Shown: piece by piece, positions 63,851 through 64,000 of the stretch
How the letters are laid out: every line of letters begins with the position of its first letter
Numbering within the stretch: position 1 is the stretch's first letter
From: Lingula anatina
Lineage: Eukaryota > Animalia > Brachiopoda
Length of the DNA: 64,000 nucleotides
Assembly: GCA_051362555.1 (NCBI GenBank)
Contig: CM120646.1
Coordinates: forward strand, 1,426,001 to 1,490,000
Direction of reading: 5' to 3'
Program-made: the position numbers and the translations under genes
Notes under the pieces: model-generated
The model's input: the letters and a program-made list of their open reading frames with translations, nothing else
What the model was told of the DNA's origin: nothing
Database searches by the model: none

Positions 63851-64000
63851 ATTGTTGTTAGTCCAACTTTATCAGACACCGTCTACTCAAGGGGCGTATC
63901 AAAATCTTTGGCCACTTTTCAGACTAACTCGTAAATAGATCGTAAATTGAAAACATTTGTCCTTATATCTCATCTTCCAAGAAACCGTCAACAAGTTGTT

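Overview
AT-rich, intron-containing animal (invertebrate, probably lophotrochozoan/mollusc-like; inferred) genomic DNA. Most of the window is a diverged tandem segmental duplication (unit 1 ~1.4-18 kb, unit 2 ~23-49 kb). Each unit carries (i) a minus-strand cGAS-like receptor (cGLR / Mab-21 nucleotidyltransferase) with intact catalytic motifs, fused in the same exon to a C-terminal SGNH/GDSL-hydrolase-like domain resembling the esterase of CR1/L2 LINE ORF1, and (ii) a convergent plus-strand multi-exon gene for a secreted protein with two CS-alpha-beta (defensin-like) Cys domains separated by a Thr-rich mucin stalk (intact in unit 2, deleted/pseudogenised in unit 1). The cGLRs start from 23-nt phase-2 first exons, and copy A has two of them. 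The right end holds a 3-exon secreted Asn/Gly-repeat protein resembling biomineral-matrix proteins. The rest is transposon debris (Tc1, Harbinger, hAT-like MITEs, L2 and L1/Tx1 LINE fragments), degenerate tandem repeats and microsatellites. All gene models were built by eye from splice sites and reading-frame phase; no database searches were run.
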